From Gammaproteobacteria bacterium (GTDB lineage Bacteria; Pseudomonadota; Gammaproteobacteria; Pseudomonadales; CAMLJR01): DNA of 64,000 nucleotides. The position numbers and the translations under genes were made by a program. The stretch covers positions 2,013 through 66,012 of the forward strand of contig JAJUJZ010000001.1 in NCBI GenBank assembly GCA_029265075.1, in the 5' to 3' direction. Shown in pieces: positions 13,932 to 26,211 of this stretch. The notes beneath the pieces were generated by a model. The model worked only from the letters and a program-made list of their open reading frames with translations. It was not told where the DNA came from and searched no databases. Within the stretch, counting starts at the first letter, position 1; the number at the start of each line of letters is the position of its first letter.

Positions 13932-16900
13932 TCAGTAGGCCAGCCGCACTCGTTCGGCACCAAAGCGATCACGCAGCCGCTGCAGCAGCTCATCGGACGG
14001 GCGTATCCGCCACCCTTCCGGCAGCTGGATCCGTGCCTGCGCCGTCGGCTGGCGGTAATGAATCACCACCGGGCAGCTGCCGCTGCGACTGCCCTCCAGC
14101 AAGCGCTCGAATTCATCCGCGAAGCTGGCCGAGAAATCCGCCTCCGTCAGCTTCAGCTCAAGTGCTCTGACAGCTGCCTCGCGTGCATCCAGCAGCGAGC
14201 GCACCGACTGGCCGCGCATCTTGAGTGCACCAGCGTAGTCGTCATGCGACACCGAGCCTTCGATCACCACGATGCTGTCCTTGATCAGCCGTTCGCGGTT
14301 TTCCTCGTAGACATCGGCAAACAGGGTCACCTCGATGCGCGCACTGCGGTCGTCCAGCAGTACGAACGCCATGTTATCGCCCCGCTTGTTGCGCATGGTG
14401 CGCAGATTGACGACCAGCCCGGCGATGGTCTGGGTGGCGTGCTTGTCAGGCCGCAGATCGGCGATCCGGTTCGGCACGAACTGGCGCAGTTCCTTCTCGT
14501 AATCGTCGATGGGATGACCCGTGACATACAGCCCCAGCGTCTCCTTCTCACCTTCCAGCCGCTGTCTGGTTCCCCACGGACGGACGTGACGGAAATCGGC
14601 GTACGGATCGCCATCGCTGCCGACGGAGGCGACCACATCGCCGAACAGATCCGCCATGCCGAGATCTTTGTTGGCAGCCGCCTGCTCGGCGGCCTTCATC
14701 GCTTCGGGGAGTGCCGCCATCAGGATGGCGCGATCCACGCCCAGCGAGTCGAAAGCACCGGCCCGGATCAGCGCCTCAAGCGCCCGCTTGTTCACCTTGC
14801 GGGTATCGACCCGCGCGCAGAAGTCGAACAGGCTGGTGAACCGGCCGCCGCTGCGACGGGCTTCGATGATGCTCTCGATCGGACCTTCGCCCAAGCCCTT
14901 GATGGCACCCAGGCCGTAAACGATTTCACCCGCTTCGTTGACGGTGAACATGTAATCGCCTGCGTTCACATCGGGCAGTTTCAGGACGAGCTTCATCGCC
15001 CTGCACTCTTCAATGAAGGTGACGATCTTGTCGGTATTCTGCAGCTCTGAACTCATCACCGCCGCCATGAATGGCGCCGGATAGTGTGTCTTGAGCCAGG
15101 CGGTCTGGTAGGAAACCAGCGCGTAAGCGGCCGAGTGCGACTTGTTGAAGCCGTAGCCGGCAAACTTCTCCATCAAATCGAAAATGTTCGACGCCAGCTC
15201 TTCGCTGTGGCCGTTGCGGACGGCCCCCTCGACGAAGATGGCGCGCTGCTTGGCCATCTCCTCCGGCTTTTTCTTGCCCATGGCGCGACGCAGCAGGTCC
15301 GCACCACCGAGCGTATAACCGGCCATCACCTGCGGGATCTGCATCACCTGTTCCTGATAGAGGATGATGCCGTAGGTGGGCTCGAGAATCGGAATCAGCG
15401 ACTCGTGCTGGTACTGCGGGTGCGGATAGGCCAGTTCGGCGCGGCCGTGCTTCCGGTTGATGAAGTCATCGACCATGCCCGACTGCAGCGGACCGGGGCG
15501 GAACAGCGCCACCAATGCCACGATGTCTTCAAAGCGCGATGGCAGCAGCCGCTTGATGAGGTCCTTCATGCCCCGCGATTCAAGCTGGAACACTGCCGTG
15601 GTCTCGGCCCGCTGCAGCAGCTTGAAAGTGGGCTGGTCGTCGAGCGGAATCGCCATGATATCGAGCGGCTCCTCGCCCTGCTTGGCGCGAATCCGGTCGA
15701 TGATCTTCTTGGCCCAGTCGATGATGGTCAGGGTGCGCAGGCCCAGGAAGTCGAACTTGACCAGCCCTGCCTCTTCTACGTCCCCTTTGTCGAACTGGGT
15801 GACAACGCCCTCGCCATTCTCATCACAATAGAGCGGCGCGAAGTCGGTGAGCCGCGACGGAGCGATCACCACCCCTCCGGCGTGCTTGCCTACGTTACGG
15901 GTGATCCCTTCCAGCTGCCTGGCCATCTCCCAGATTTCGGCGGCCTGCGTGTCCGTCTCGATGAAGTCACGCAGCACCGTCTCCTTCTCGGAGGCCTCAT
16001 CCAGGGTGATGCCGACTTCAAAGGGGATCATCTTGGAGAGTTTGTCGGCGAGGCCGTACGACTTGCCCTGCACACGCGCCACGTCGCGCACCACCGCCTT
16101 CGCTGCCATGGTACCGAATGTGATGATCTGGGAGACCGCCTCGCGACCATAACGCTCGGCCACGTAGCTGATGACGCGGTCGCGGTTCTCCATGCAAAAA
16201 TCGATATCGAAGTCGGGCATCGATACCCGCTCGGGGTTCAGGAACCGTTCGAACAGCAGGTCGTACTGAATTGGGTCGAGATCGGTAATTTTGAGTGCAT
16301 AGGCCACCAGCGAGCCGGCACCTGACCCGCGGCCGGGGCCAACCGGAATATCGTGATCCTTGGCCCACTGAATAAAATCCATCACGATGAGGAAGTAGCC
16401 GGGGAACCCCATCTGGATGATAACGTCGAGCTCGAAATCGAGTCGTTCGCGATATTCCCGCTGCCTCTCGGGGAAGTCGGGTGCATTGACATCGAACAGG
16501 AAAGCCAGGCGCTCATCGAGTCCTTCGTGCGACCGCTTGCGGAAGAACTCATCCATGGTCATCCCGGCCGGCACCGGGAACTCGGGCAGGTAGTAGGTGC
16601 CCAGTTTGATCTCGACGTTGCAGCGGCGGGCGATCTCGACGCTGTTTTCGATCGCCTCGGGCAGATCGCTGAACAGCTCGGCCATCTCCGCGGGTGAACG
16701 CAGATACTGCTGGTCGCTGTAACGCCGCACCCGCCGCGGATCATCAAGCGTGCGCCCCTCGTGGATGCAGACGCGAGCTTCATGCGCTTCGAACTGATCC
16801 TGGGTGAGAAAGCGCACGTCATTGGTGGCCACCACCGGACAGTCGGCGGCGAGCGCCAGCTCCACCGCGGCGTGCAGGTATTCCTCTTCGCCGGAGCGAC

Positions 16901-17417
16901 CGGTGCGCTGTACTTCCAGGTAATAGCGATCGCCAAATCGCGCCTGCCACCACGCGAGACGGCTGGTGGCAAGACCAGCGCGGCCATTGAGCACTGCCTG
17001 ACCTACATCGCCTTCGCGCGCGCCCGACAGCACGATGACGCCTTCGGTCACATCATTAAGCCAGGCGCGGCGAATGTAGGCGACGCCCTGATGCTGTCCC
17101 TCCAGATAGGCGCGCGAGATCAGCCGCGTCAGCCCACGGTAGCCGACGTCATTCTGAGCAAGGAGACAGACCGTGAATACGTTATCGTCATCCTCTTCGT
17201 CACGGACGAAAAAATCGGCTCCGAAGATCGGTTTGATGCCCGCCGCCGTCGCGGCCTTATAAAACTTGATCAGCGCATAAAAGTTGGTGATGTCCGTCAG
17301 CGCGCAGGCCGGCATCCCCATGGCAGCTGCACTCTTCGCTAGCGGCTTGATCCGCACCAGACCATCCATCAGGGAGTATTCGGAGTGGACGCGCAAGTGC
17401 ACGAACTGTGCGCTCAT
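13932..17417 (-). CDS. dnaE: DNA polymerase III alpha subunit
   Basis: 1161 aa. N-terminal PHP domain ([15 protein letters not shown]), polymerase core and OB fold. Full-length DnaE. Confidence 0.97.
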   Translation of the reverse strand: MSAQFVHLRVHSEYSLMDGLVRIKPLAKSAAAMGMPACALTDITNFYALIKFYKAATAAGIKPIFGADFFVRDEEDDDNVFTVCLLAQNDVGYRGLTRLISRAYLEGQHQGVAYIRRAWLNDVTEGVIVLSGAREGDVGQAVLNGRAGLATSRLAWWQARFGDRYYLEVQRTGRSGEEEYLHAAVELALAADCPVVATNDVRFLTQDQFEAHEARVCIHEGRTLDDPRRVRRYSDQQYLRSPAEMAELFSDLPEAIENSVEIARRCNVEIKLGTYYLPEFPVPAGMTMDEFFRKRSHEGLDERLAFLFDVNAPDFPERQREYRERLDFELDVIIQMGFPGYFLIVMDFIQWAKDHDIPVGPGRGSGAGSLVAYALKITDLDPIQYDLLFERFLNPERVSMPDFDIDFCMENRDRVISYVAERYGREAVSQIITFGTMAAKAVVRDVARVQGKSYGLADKLSKMIPFEVGITLDEASEKETVLRDFIETDTQAAEIWEMARQLEGITRNVGKHAGGVVIAPSRLTDFAPLYCDENGEGVVTQFDKGDVEEAGLVKFDFLGLRTLTIIDWAKKIIDRIRAKQGEEPLDIMAIPLDDQPTFKLLQRAETTAVFQLESRGMKDLIKRLLPSRFEDIVALVALFRPGPLQSGMVDDFINRKHGRAELAYPHPQYQHESLIPILEPTYGIILYQEQVMQIPQVMAGYTLGGADLLRRAMGKKKPEEMAKQRAIFVEGAVRNGHSEELASNIFDLMEKFAGYGFNKSHSAAYALVSYQTAWLKTHYPAPFMAAVMSSELQNTDKIVTFIEECRAMKLVLKLPDVNAGDYMFTVNEAGEIVYGLGAIKGLGEGPIESIIEARRSGGRFTSLFDFCARVDTRKVNKRALEALIRAGAFDSLGVDRAILMAALPEAMKAAEQAAANKDLGMADLFGDVVASVGSDGDPYADFRHVRPWGTRQRLEGEKETLGLYVTGHPIDDYEKELRQFVPNRIADLRPDKHATQTIAGLVVNLRTMRNKRGDNMAFVLLDDRSARIEVTLFADVYEENRERLIKDSIVVIEGSVSHDDYAGALKMRGQSVRSLLDAREAAVRALELKLTEADFSASFADEFERLLEGSRSGSCPVVIHYRQPTAQARIQLPEGWRIRPSDELLQRLRDRFGAERVRLAY

Positions 17418-18094
17418 AAAGAAAACTCCTCGTTAAGCTCGGCGTCGGTGCCCAGCTCGACTTCAATATCGGGCGTTACGGCTTCGGCGACGACCAGTTC
17501 GCCCAGCGCCTGTCTTACCGGCGCAAACGCGCGCCGGTGGATAGCGCATGGCCCTAGCCGCGCCAGCGCTTCGAGGTGGGCTGCGGTGCCATAACCTTTG
17601 TGGTCGGCAAAGCCATACCCCGGATAGCGCCGATTGAGCCTGGCCATCTCACGATCGCGAGTCACCTTTGCCAGGATCGAGGCCGCCGCAATGGCAGGCA
17701 CACGATCGTCGCCCTGCACGACGGCCTCGGACTGGTAGCGCCAGCGTGGCAGGCGATTGCCATCGACCAGCACATGCTCCGGCTGAATCGCAAGACTCTG
17801 CACGGCCCGTTTCATGGCCAGCATGCTGGCGTGGAGAATATTGAGGCGCTCGATCTCAGCTACCGTGGCGCGCGCAACGGCCCAGCAGGCAGCCTGCTCG
17901 ACGATGGCCTCGTAGAGGTATTCGCGCCGCTTCGCCGTCAGCTTCTTGGAGTCGGCGAGCCCGTCGATCGGCCGTTCTGGATCCAGGATTACGGCTGCCG
18001 CGACCACTGCGCCCGCCAGTGGCCCGCGCCCCACCTCATCGACACCGGCCAGCAACGGACCGTCATAGCTGCACTGAAAGAGGTCGAGATTCAT
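17414..18094 (-). CDS. rnhB: Ribonuclease HII, 226 aa from ATG 18094
   Basis: Catalytic motif [20 protein letters not shown] overlaps with the lpxB stop and the dnaE start. The ORF-track N-terminal extension runs into lpxB. Confidence 0.92.
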   Translation of the reverse strand: MNLDLFQCSYDGPLLAGVDEVGRGPLAGAVVAAAVILDPERPIDGLADSKKLTAKRREYLYEAIVEQAACWAVARATVAEIERLNILHASMLAMKRAVQSLAIQPEHVLVDGNRLPRWRYQSEAVVQGDDRVPAIAAASILAKVTRDREMARLNRRYPGYGFADHKGYGTAAHLEALARLGPCAIHRRAFAPVRQALGELVVAEAVTPDIEVELGTDAELNEEFSL

Positions 18095-19281
18095 CTGGCG
18101 CTCTTCACCCGAATCAGATCCAGCAATGCCTGCGCCGCCCGCGCTCCGGCATCGCGCCGCAGCACCTGGTGCAGCGCGGTAAAACTTTCGGTAAGCCGGG
18201 TCCGCAGCGCGTCGTTGTCGAGCTGCTCCAGCAGCAACGGCCCCAGCACCTCGGGACACACCTGCTCCTGCAGGCATTCCGGAACCAGCCGCTGCTGCGC
18301 CAGCAGGTTAGGCAGTGCGATATAGTCGGTTTTGACCAGCCGGGCCAGCAGCGCAAAGGTCCAGCGACCCATGCGATAGGCTACCACCATCGGCTTTTTG
18401 AGCAGCATCGCTTCCAGTGTCGTAGTGCCTGATGCCATCAGTACGCTGTCGGCGGCGGTCATCGCCAGCTGGGACTGGCCGTCGAGCAGCTTCAGCGGCA
18501 GCGCTGGCCGGTTCGCCAGCGCCGCTTCCAGCTGCTGCCGCCGGGCGGAGCTGGCAACCGGGAGCACGAACTGCAGACCCGGGCGACGGGACAGCAGCCA
18601 CTGTGCCGTATCGAGAAACACGCCACCCAGCTGCTCCACTTCGCTCCCCCGACTGCCAGGCAGCAGCGCCACCACGGTTGCATCGGCTGCGATCCCGAGC
18701 TCGGCGCGGGCAGCGTCAGTATCGGGCTGCAGCGGGAACTGATCGGCAAGCGGATGACCGACGCAGGTGACCGGCACCTGGTGGTCGAGGTAAAACTGCT
18801 CTTCGAATGGAAACAGCACCAGCATCCGGTCAATCGCGCGGCGAATCTTGTGAATGCGTCCGCGCCGCCATGCCCAGACTGAGGGGCTGACATAGTGGGC
18901 GGTGCAGATCCCGCGCTCGCGCAGCTTGAGTTCGAGATCGAGATTGAAATCGGGCGAGTCAATGCCGATGACCACATCGGGCTGCCATGCGGTGAACCAC
19001 TCCAGCAGATCCCGCCGCATTCGCAGCAGTTCAGGAAGCCGTTTGAGCGGCTCGACAAACCCCATCACTGCCAGCCGGTCGATGTCATAGCGGCTGTCGA
19101 ACCCCTGCGCCAGCATGCGTGCGCCGCCGATGCCGGCGGCTTCGATACGGCTTTCGCACTGCTTGTTCAGCGCAGTCAGCAGGTCCGCGCCAAGGATATC
19201 GCCGGATGCCTCGCCCGCCACGATGCCAATCCGCAACGGGCGGTCATTAACGGACGACGCTGTCGCTTGCGCGGCGGCCAT
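18091..19281 (-). CDS. lpxB: Lipid-A-disaccharide synthase, 396 aa from ATG 19281
   Basis: [18 protein letters not shown]-terminal motif. lpxA-lpxB-rnhB order. The ORF-track extension overlaps lpxA. Confidence 0.92.
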   Translation of the reverse strand: MAAAQATASSVNDRPLRIGIVAGEASGDILGADLLTALNKQCESRIEAAGIGGARMLAQGFDSRYDIDRLAVMGFVEPLKRLPELLRMRRDLLEWFTAWQPDVVIGIDSPDFNLDLELKLRERGICTAHYVSPSVWAWRRGRIHKIRRAIDRMLVLFPFEEQFYLDHQVPVTCVGHPLADQFPLQPDTDAARAELGIAADATVVALLPGSRGSEVEQLGGVFLDTAQWLLSRRPGLQFVLPVASSARRQQLEAALANRPALPLKLLDGQSQLAMTAADSVLMASGTTTLEAMLLKKPMVVAYRMGRWTFALLARLVKTDYIALPNLLAQQRLVPECLQEQVCPEVLGPLLLEQLDNDALRTRLTESFTALHQVLRRDAGARAAQALLDLIRVKSAR

Positions 19282-19303
19282 GAACTCCGTCCTCCGGTAT
19301 GAA

Positions 19304-20074
19304 TCAGCGAGCGATGCCGCGGGTCGATGTCTGCAGCGACTCGATGAGCGGTCCGACTGCAGGCTCGTCTGCAGCCAGTTCCTGCAGTGCCGCAAGGGCG
19401 GCATCGAGGGTCAGGCCCTGCCGGTAGATGATCTTGTAGGCGCGGCGCAAAGTGCTGATTGCTTCTGCAGAGAAGCCACGCCGCCGCAGTCCCTCGACGT
19501 TGATATTGCGGGCTTCTGCCGGATTGCCAGTCACCATCATGTAAGCGGGCACGTCCTTAGTGATAAAGGTGCCAGCGCCACTGAAGGCGTGCGGGCCGAT
19601 ATGGCAGAACTGATGAACCAGCGTATAGCCGCCGAGAATCGCCCAGTCACCAACGTGCACGTGCCCGGCAACCGACGCATTATTCACCAGAATGCAGTGA
19701 TTTCCGATCACCGAGTCGTGGCCGACGTGCACATATGCCATCAGCAGATTATCGTCGCCGATGGTGGTTTCGCTGCGATCCTGAACCGTACCCCGGTGCA
19801 GCGTGACCCCTTCGCGGATCACGTTGCGATCGCCGATCACCAGCCGCGTCGGCTCCCCCTTATATTTGAGGTCCGGCGTGTCTTCACCAATCGTCGAAAA
19901 CTGGAAGATATGATTATCACGCCCAATCCGGGTCGGCCCCTTGATGACCACGTGAGACTCGATCACGGTGCCGTCACCGATCTCCACATCGGGGCCGATG
20001 ATGGTCCAGGGGCCAACGCGAACGCTGGCGCCCAGGCGGGCCGATGGATCGACGATAGCAGCCGGGTGAATCAC
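19304..20074 (-). CDS. lpxA: UDP-N-acetylglucosamine O-acyltransferase
   Basis: Hexapeptide-repeat LbH fold ([26 protein letters not shown]...). Start is either GTG 20074 (GTGA-coupled to the fabZ stop, 256 aa) or GTG 20098. No ATG is available. Confidence 0.9.
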   Translation of the reverse strand: MIHPAAIVDPSARLGASVRVGPWTIIGPDVEIGDGTVIESHVVIKGPTRIGRDNHIFQFSTIGEDTPDLKYKGEPTRLVIGDRNVIREGVTLHRGTVQDRSETTIGDDNLLMAYVHVGHDSVIGNHCILVNNASVAGHVHVGDWAILGGYTLVHQFCHIGPHAFSGAGTFITKDVPAYMMVTGNPAEARNINVEGLRRRGFSAEAISTLRRAYKIIYRQGLTLDAALAALQELAADEPAVGPLIESLQTSTRGIAR

Positions 20075-20514
20075 TCGGGACGCTTCCTGTCGGCGCACAG
20101 AATGGTGCCGCCGGCGGCAAACTCGCCATCGACTTCTGCGCTGCAGTTGAATTTCCAGACGCCGCGCCGATCCGACACGTACTCCGCGCGCAGCGTCAGC
20201 TGATCACCGGGTACCACCGGGCGCTTGAAGCGCATGTTGTCGGCGCCGACAAAATAGTAAATTGAACCATCGGCAGGCGTTTTGTCCTGACTGCGGAAAC
20301 CGAGAATACCTGCCGCCTGGGCCATCGCTTCAATGATCAGCACGCCCGGCATTACCGGCAGATCGGGAAAGTGCCCATTGAAGAAAGGCTCGTTGATCGA
20401 AACGTTCTTAATACAGACGATCGACTTCGGCAGATCGAGCTCGATTACCCGATCCACCAGCAGGAAGGGGTACCGATGGGGCAGATACTTTCGAATTTCA
20501 TTCACTTCCATCAC
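20071..20514 (-). CDS. fabZ: 3-hydroxyacyl-ACP dehydratase FabZ
   Basis: 147 aa. [13 protein letters not shown] and FFNGHFP motifs. Confidence 0.95.
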   Translation of the reverse strand: MMEVNEIRKYLPHRYPFLLVDRVIELDLPKSIVCIKNVSINEPFFNGHFPDLPVMPGVLIIEAMAQAAGILGFRSQDKTPADGSIYYFVGADNMRFKRPVVPGDQLTLRAEYVSDRRGVWKFNCSAEVDGEFAAGGTILCADRKRPE

Positions 20515-20520
20515 GATGGC

Positions 20521-21570
20521 CTACCCCTTGTCTTTCACAGAATGTAATTGCCTTTCAAGCTCTGCCACCCGACGGGCGAGCTCGTCCAGCTGAGAGAAAC
20601 GCACAGCACTCTTGCGCCATGCAGACGTATCCATGGTGCCGGTGCCCGACGAATAGGAGCCCGGCTTGTCGATCGAGCGCGTCACCAGCGACATGCCCGT
20701 GACATGCACTCCATCGGTCAATGTGATATGGCCGTTCAGGCCCACGCCGCCGGCGAGCGTGCAACGCTTGCCGACCTTGACGCTGCCGGCGATCCCGACA
20801 CAGCCGGCGATCGCCGTGCCGTCGCCGATTTCGCAGTTGTGCGCAATCATCACCAGGTTATCGATAATCACGCCGTCGCCGATCACGGTATCGCCCAGGG
20901 CACCGCGGTCAATAGTGGTGTTGGCGCCGATCTCGACATTGGAGCCAATGCGAACCGACCCGATCTGGGCAATCTTTTCCCAGCCGGCGGGGCCGGGCGC
21001 GAATCCGAACCCATCCGCACCGATCACGGCACCACTGTGGATGACGGTGCGATCGCCGATGCATACCCCATGGGCGATGGTGACACTGGGATGGAGCCGG
21101 CAGTGCGCGCCAATCCGGGCGCCATCGCCGACCACGCAGTTGGCCCCTACCGTAGTGCCAGCACCGAGTTCGACGCCGGCGCCGATCACCGTGCCAGGAC
21201 CAATTGCCACGTCAGCGCCGAGTCGCGCATCGGGGGCGACCACCGCAGACGACGCAATACCCGGCGCCACGCGCGGGGCGCCGTCGAACAGATGCGACAC
21301 GCGCGCGTAGGCGAGATAGGGATTGGAGGTGATCAGTGCAGCGACCGGACACTCATCAACCAGCTCGGGCGCCAGAATGACTGCGCCGGCCTGAGTGTCG
21401 GCAAGATACTGTCGATACTTCGGGTTGGCGAGAAAGGTCAGCTGGTCCGAACGTGCCTGGCTGAGCGTTGCGAGGCCGGTAATGCGCAGGTTGCGATCAC
21501 CGCGATATTCGAGCTGGAGGTGATCCGCCAGCTCGCCCAGTGTGAACGAACCGCTGTCCATTGCCATCAC
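20521..21570 (-). CDS. lpxD: UDP-3-O-acylglucosamine N-acyltransferase
   Basis: 349 aa. N-terminal LpxD domain plus long hexapeptide-repeat region. skp-lpxD-fabZ order. Confidence 0.92.
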   Translation of the reverse strand: MMAMDSGSFTLGELADHLQLEYRGDRNLRITGLATLSQARSDQLTFLANPKYRQYLADTQAGAVILAPELVDECPVAALITSNPYLAYARVSHLFDGAPRVAPGIASSAVVAPDARLGADVAIGPGTVIGAGVELGAGTTVGANCVVGDGARIGAHCRLHPSVTIAHGVCIGDRTVIHSGAVIGADGFGFAPGPAGWEKIAQIGSVRIGSNVEIGANTTIDRGALGDTVIGDGVIIDNLVMIAHNCEIGDGTAIAGCVGIAGSVKVGKRCTLAGGVGLNGHITLTDGVHVTGMSLVTRSIDKPGSYSSGTGTMDTSAWRKSAVRFSQLDELARRVAELERQLHSVKDKG

Positions 21571-22106
21571 TTCGCCCGGTTGAGGCGTTCCGTCACCTTC
21601 GGCGTGATGTTGAACTCCTCTTCCACGTGCAGCGCAGCTTTGCGGTCGATCAGCAGGCCGATTTTCTCGTCGGCAATCAGATCGCGGACCACGGTCTCCA
21701 TCTTCGGCGCGAGATCGTTCATCAGGCCCTGGGCCAGCTCCTGCTCCGCAATCTGCAGTTTGCGCATGACGTGTTCAAGATCGGCGCGTTTCTCTTCGAT
21801 CTTTTTGCGCTGAGCCTCTTGCTGGTCGCTGCTCATCACTGCCAGATCTTTCTGCAACTGCTGGATGAGCGCTTCGTACTCACCACGCACTTTATCCAGC
21901 TCCTTGCGGTTTTCCGCATAGGCCGGCTGTGCGCGCAGCTCCTTGAGACGGTCCTGCGCCTGCTGGGTCTGCAGAATCGCGGCCTGCACATCAAGCACAG
22001 CCACTTTCTGCTGAGCCAGTGCAGCACCGCTGAGAGTCAGAGCAACAGTCAGAATGCCGAGTTTGCGAATAGCGATCACAGCTTTTCTCCAGAGTGGGTG
22101 TACCAA
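21567..22106 (-). CDS. skp: Periplasmic chaperone Skp (OmpH)
   Basis: Signal peptide (...TLSGAALAQQ) followed by Q/E/K-rich helical arms. Lies between bamA and lpxD. Start is TTG 22106 or GTG 22079. Confidence 0.85.
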   Translation of the reverse strand: MVHPLWRKAVIAIRKLGILTVALTLSGAALAQQKVAVLDVQAAILQTQQAQDRLKELRAQPAYAENRKELDKVRGEYEALIQQLQKDLAVMSSDQQEAQRKKIEEKRADLEHVMRKLQIAEQELAQGLMNDLAPKMETVVRDLIADEKIGLLIDRKAALHVEEEFNITPKVTERLNRAK

Positions 22107-22109
22107 TTA

Positions 22110-24692
22110 TTAGAAGCCTCGACCCAGCGAGAATTGGAAAACTTCCGCCTCGTCATATTCCCCTTCGTTCAGGGGCTTGGCAATACTGAACGTCAGCGGC
22201 CCGAAACCGCTGATCCAGGTCACGCCAAATCCAACCGAATAGCGCAGCTCGTTGAAGTCGATATTCGAACAGTTGAGCTGAGTCCGGCCGCAGCGGGTGC
22301 TGAAGACGTTCCCCGCATCAATGAACAGTCCCGACCGCAGCGAGCGCTGATCCTTGATAAACGGCAGCGGGAACAGCAGCTCGGCACTGCCCTCGACCAG
22401 GATGTTGCCACCGAACGGATCGGAATCCCGCACCGACTCCAGCTGCTGTACCACGATTTTACCCGTGTTGGGATCGACCACGTAGGCCGCCCGGTTGCTG
22501 AAGCTGGTGCAGTTGCCATCAGCGTCGATGGCTATACACGCCTGACCGATCTGATAGATCGATGCCGGGGTGCCGCGCGGGCCGAGCGTGTTGCTCTCGA
22601 AGCCTCGCACTGACGCGAAACCGCCGGAATAGAAGTTACGGAAGAACGGCAGGCCTTCGAAATCGCCATAGCCGTCGCCGTAGCCGAGCTCGGTACGCAG
22701 TCGCAACGTGAAGGTGTTGCCCAGCGGAATGAAGATCTGGCCGCTGTAGGTGAGCTTGTAGTACTCGAGATCACTGCCGGGCAGCGTGATTTCGAAGGCC
22801 ACCGACTGCGAGTGGCCCCGGGTCGCCAGCTGACCACGGTTCAGCGTCGACGATACCCAGCCGACGTTGAAGTTGTATTCGTTGAACTTGTCGCCGTGAA
22901 TGTCGAGGAAACCGTCAGTCGGCCGATCGGTCAGCAAATCAGCGTTGAGCGCCGGATCGAACCGTTCGAGCTGCTCGGCCTGTGTGTAGCCGTCGGTGTC
23001 ACGCCGGTTGTAATACCAGTAATCAACGTTGTTGAGCGGCCGCGGACTGCCGATGATTTCCTGAACCGTGCCGAATCCCGCTTCCACTTCGGTAGAGGCG
23101 ACACCGAAGGTGAAACTCAGGCGCGAGGTCTCGCTGATCGGATAGCCAAAGCTGACATTGGCGCCGATGGTGCTGAGAGTGTAATCGGCGATATTGATCT
23201 CATCGAGATCGGCTTTGCGATAGTAGACGGAGAAGCCGCGGCTGACCCCATCGTCCGTGTAATACGGATCGTTGAAGTTGAACCGGACATCCGTCATGTA
23301 TTTGCTGCGGCTGAGACCGATGCCTACTTCCTGGCCAGTACCAAGGAAGTTTTTCTGCTGGATATTGGCGCCCAGCAGCAGGCCGGCATCCTGCGCGTAA
23401 CCGACGCTGGCACCGATACTGCCGGACGGCTGTTCTTCGACGCTATACTGCAGGTCGATAAGGTCGTCAGTGCCGGCAACCGGCAACGTATCGACCTTCG
23501 CTTCCTTGAAGTAACCCAGCCGCTCGAGGCGGATCCGCGACAGCTCGATGCGATCCGACGACGCCGGCGCCGATTCCATCTGCCGCATTTCGCGCCGCAG
23601 CACCTCGTCGGCAGTTTTGTTGTTACCGCGGAAGTCGATGCGACGCACATAGGTGCGCTTGCCAGGATCGACGAAGAACTTCAGCGCCACCCGGCGTGTT
23701 TCGTCATCGATCTCGGGAATGCCCCGCACCTTGGCAAAATTGTACCCTTCGTTACCGAGGCGCTTGGTCAGCAGCTCTTCGGTATTGGTCACCATCGCCT
23801 GCGAGAACGTCTGCCCTTCCTGCACCAGCAGCAAGCGCCGCATTTCTGCTTCCGGCAGGATGATATCGCCGGAAAGATCGACCTGTCCGATCTCATAGAC
23901 ATCACCCTCATCAACGTTGACGGTGACGTAAACATTCTGTTTGTCAGGTGTGACCGATACCTGTGTGGAGTCGATGCGGAATTTCACATAGCCGCGGTCG
24001 AGGTAATACGAGCTCAGTCGCTCCAGGTCGCCCTGCAGTTTTTCACGCGAATACTTGTCGTTGCCGGAAATCCACGAGAACCAGCCAGTGGTTTTCAGCT
24101 CAAAAAGATCAATGAGATCGTCATCGTCGAAGGCGCTGTTACCCACCACCGCGATATGTTTGATGCGCGCTGGGGTCCCTTCGTCGATATTGACCTGCAC
24201 CTTGACGCGGTTGCGCGGTTCGGCAATGACCTCCGTCTGGATGTTGGCGTCATAGCGACCCTGGGCCACATATTGACGCAGCAGCTCCTGGCGCATGGCT
24301 TCCAGCGTCGAGCGCTTGAACACCTGCCCTTCGGCAAGACCAGCACTGCCCAGCCCTTCGGTCAGGGCCTCGGTTTTGATCGCCTTGTTGCCCTCGATCT
24401 GGATTTCGCTGATCGACGGACGCTCCTGCACCTGCACCACCAGCACATTGCCTTCGTGAGCAATACGGATGTCGTCGAAATTGCCGGTGCGGAACAGGTT
24501 GCGAATGGCGTGCTGCACATTGTCACCGCCCACGCGGTCACCGACGTTGATCGGCAGTGCGGCGAAAACGCTACCGGGAGATATGCGCTGCAGGCCTTCG
24601 ACCCGAATATCGGATACAACGAAAGGCTCGGCGGCCATTGCCGTACTGCCCATAAGCAGGCCAATGGCCGTGGAAAGAAGGCGTCGTTTCAT
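22110..24692 (-). CDS. bamA: Outer membrane protein assembly factor BamA
   Basis: 860 aa. Signal peptide, five POTRA-like repeats, C-terminal 16-strand barrel ending ...FQFSLGRGF. Confidence 0.96.
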   Translation of the reverse strand: MKRRLLSTAIGLLMGSTAMAAEPFVVSDIRVEGLQRISPGSVFAALPINVGDRVGGDNVQHAIRNLFRTGNFDDIRIAHEGNVLVVQVQERPSISEIQIEGNKAIKTEALTEGLGSAGLAEGQVFKRSTLEAMRQELLRQYVAQGRYDANIQTEVIAEPRNRVKVQVNIDEGTPARIKHIAVVGNSAFDDDDLIDLFELKTTGWFSWISGNDKYSREKLQGDLERLSSYYLDRGYVKFRIDSTQVSVTPDKQNVYVTVNVDEGDVYEIGQVDLSGDIILPEAEMRRLLLVQEGQTFSQAMVTNTEELLTKRLGNEGYNFAKVRGIPEIDDETRRVALKFFVDPGKRTYVRRIDFRGNNKTADEVLRREMRQMESAPASSDRIELSRIRLERLGYFKEAKVDTLPVAGTDDLIDLQYSVEEQPSGSIGASVGYAQDAGLLLGANIQQKNFLGTGQEVGIGLSRSKYMTDVRFNFNDPYYTDDGVSRGFSVYYRKADLDEINIADYTLSTIGANVSFGYPISETSRLSFTFGVASTEVEAGFGTVQEIIGSPRPLNNVDYWYYNRRDTDGYTQAEQLERFDPALNADLLTDRPTDGFLDIHGDKFNEYNFNVGWVSSTLNRGQLATRGHSQSVAFEITLPGSDLEYYKLTYSGQIFIPLGNTFTLRLRTELGYGDGYGDFEGLPFFRNFYSGGFASVRGFESNTLGPRGTPASIYQIGQACIAIDADGNCTSFSNRAAYVVDPNTGKIVVQQLESVRDSDPFGGNILVEGSAELLFPLPFIKDQRSLRSGLFIDAGNVFSTRCGRTQLNCSNIDFNELRYSVGFGVTWISGFGPLTFSIAKPLNEGEYDEAEVFQFSLGRGF

Positions 24693-24779
24693 CAGACCCT
24701 ATTACCAGGAAAATCTGTCCGCGTCGACATCGATTGGCTCGACGCCGGGCTCTTATCCGCTATGAACTGCGCCGCCATA

Positions 24780-26135
24780 CTACAGGCGCATCAGATCGTT
24801 GGCGAACGCGAGCAACATGACACCCACGACGACCAGGAGACCGATCTGGTAACCAACCATCTGCGTCCGTTCGGATAGCGGTCGGCCTTTGATCCACTCC
24901 ACCAGGGCAAACAGGATATGACCGCCATCAAGCACCGGCACGGGCAGCAAGTTCAGGACGCCCAGACTGATACTCAAAAGCGCCAGAAGCCCGAGGTACG
25001 CTTCCCAGCCGGCACTGGCTGAGGCGGTCGCCACTTTAGCAATGGTGATCGGACCGCTCAAGTTTTTTGGGGATACCAGCCCTTGCAGCATCTTGTAGAT
25101 GGAATCGAGGGTAAACGCCGTCATCTGCCAGGTGCGCGCACCAGCCGCAGCCAGCGCTGCGACCGGACCGTAACGCTGCTCGCGTACCATCTCCGCCGGC
25201 CACTCGGGTACCACCACCGTCACGCCGGCCTGACCAAAGGCCTCGCCCTGCTGATCCACCTTGCGCTCCGGCGTCAGCCGCAGCTGGCGCTCGATGCCTT
25301 CGCGCTGCACCGTCACCGCCAGCGTCTCCCCGGGGTGGCTGCGCACGTAATCGACCCAGCCGTCCCAGCCCGCCACCGGCTGGCCATCGACCGCGACGAT
25401 GCGGTCACCACGCGCCAGACCGGCCCGCTCCGCCGGGCTGCCGGCCATTACCTGATCCACCACCGCATCGAGGGGCGGGCGCCACATGGTCAGACCCAGC
25501 CCCCCCACCAGATCCGGTGCCTCACTGCCGGCCAGCCAGCGCTCGAGTGAGAGCCGGCTTTCATACACCACCTCGGAGCCGGGGTAGCGCGCCTCGATCA
25601 CCAGCGTGCCGGTTTCACCGATACGGTCGAGCAGCTGGCGGTGAACAGCCTCCCAGGTCGGCGTGGGCACACCATCGATGGCGACCAGCTCCTGCCCGGC
25701 TTCGAGCCCGGCGGACTCCGCCAGCGACCCCGGCTCGACCGCGCCGATCACCGGCGCGATGCCGGTCACGCCACTGACGAACACGAACCAGTACGCCACG
25801 ATAGCGAGCAGGAAATTTGCCAGCGGCCCGGCCGCAACGATGGCGATACGCTGCCCCACCGGCTTGCGATTGAACGTCTGGTCGAGCAGCTCAGCGGGCA
25901 CCTCGCCCTCGCGCTCGTCCAGCATCTTCACGTAACCGCCCAGCGGAATGGCGGCAATCATGTATTCGGTGCCATCGCGTCCGACGCGGCGCCACAGAGC
26001 GCGCCCGAAGCCCACCGAGAAACGCAGCACCTTGACGCCACAGCGCCGCGCCACCCAGAAGTGACCAAACTCATGGATGGTGACAAGAATGCCGAGCGTA
26101 AAGATCGTTACGGCAACTGTCTGCAGAATGTCCAT
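24780..26135 (-). CDS. rseP: Sigma-E protease RseP (site-2 zinc metalloprotease)
   Basis: 451 aa. HEFGHF zinc motif in TM1, two PDZ-like regions, LLPVPVLDGGH motif. Confidence 0.93.
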   Translation of the reverse strand: MDILQTVAVTIFTLGILVTIHEFGHFWVARRCGVKVLRFSVGFGRALWRRVGRDGTEYMIAAIPLGGYVKMLDEREGEVPAELLDQTFNRKPVGQRIAIVAAGPLANFLLAIVAYWFVFVSGVTGIAPVIGAVEPGSLAESAGLEAGQELVAIDGVPTPTWEAVHRQLLDRIGETGTLVIEARYPGSEVVYESRLSLERWLAGSEAPDLVGGLGLTMWRPPLDAVVDQVMAGSPAERAGLARGDRIVAVDGQPVAGWDGWVDYVRSHPGETLAVTVQREGIERQLRLTPERKVDQQGEAFGQAGVTVVVPEWPAEMVREQRYGPVAALAAAGARTWQMTAFTLDSIYKMLQGLVSPKNLSGPITIAKVATASASAGWEAYLGLLALLSISLGVLNLLPVPVLDGGHILFALVEWIKGRPLSERTQMVGYQIGLLVVVGVMLLAFANDLMRL

Positions 26136-26211
26136 CGGTCATCACCTGTCCGCAAAATGCGATGCTGCATGCATCTGCGCGCTCTGCCACCGCGGCGCGC
26201 GCCATTGACGC

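Noticed and set aside
22812-24878. 688-aa ORF antisense to bamA
   Set aside because: Same reasoning. bamA on the minus strand is unambiguous, and the antisense product has no motifs and biased composition.
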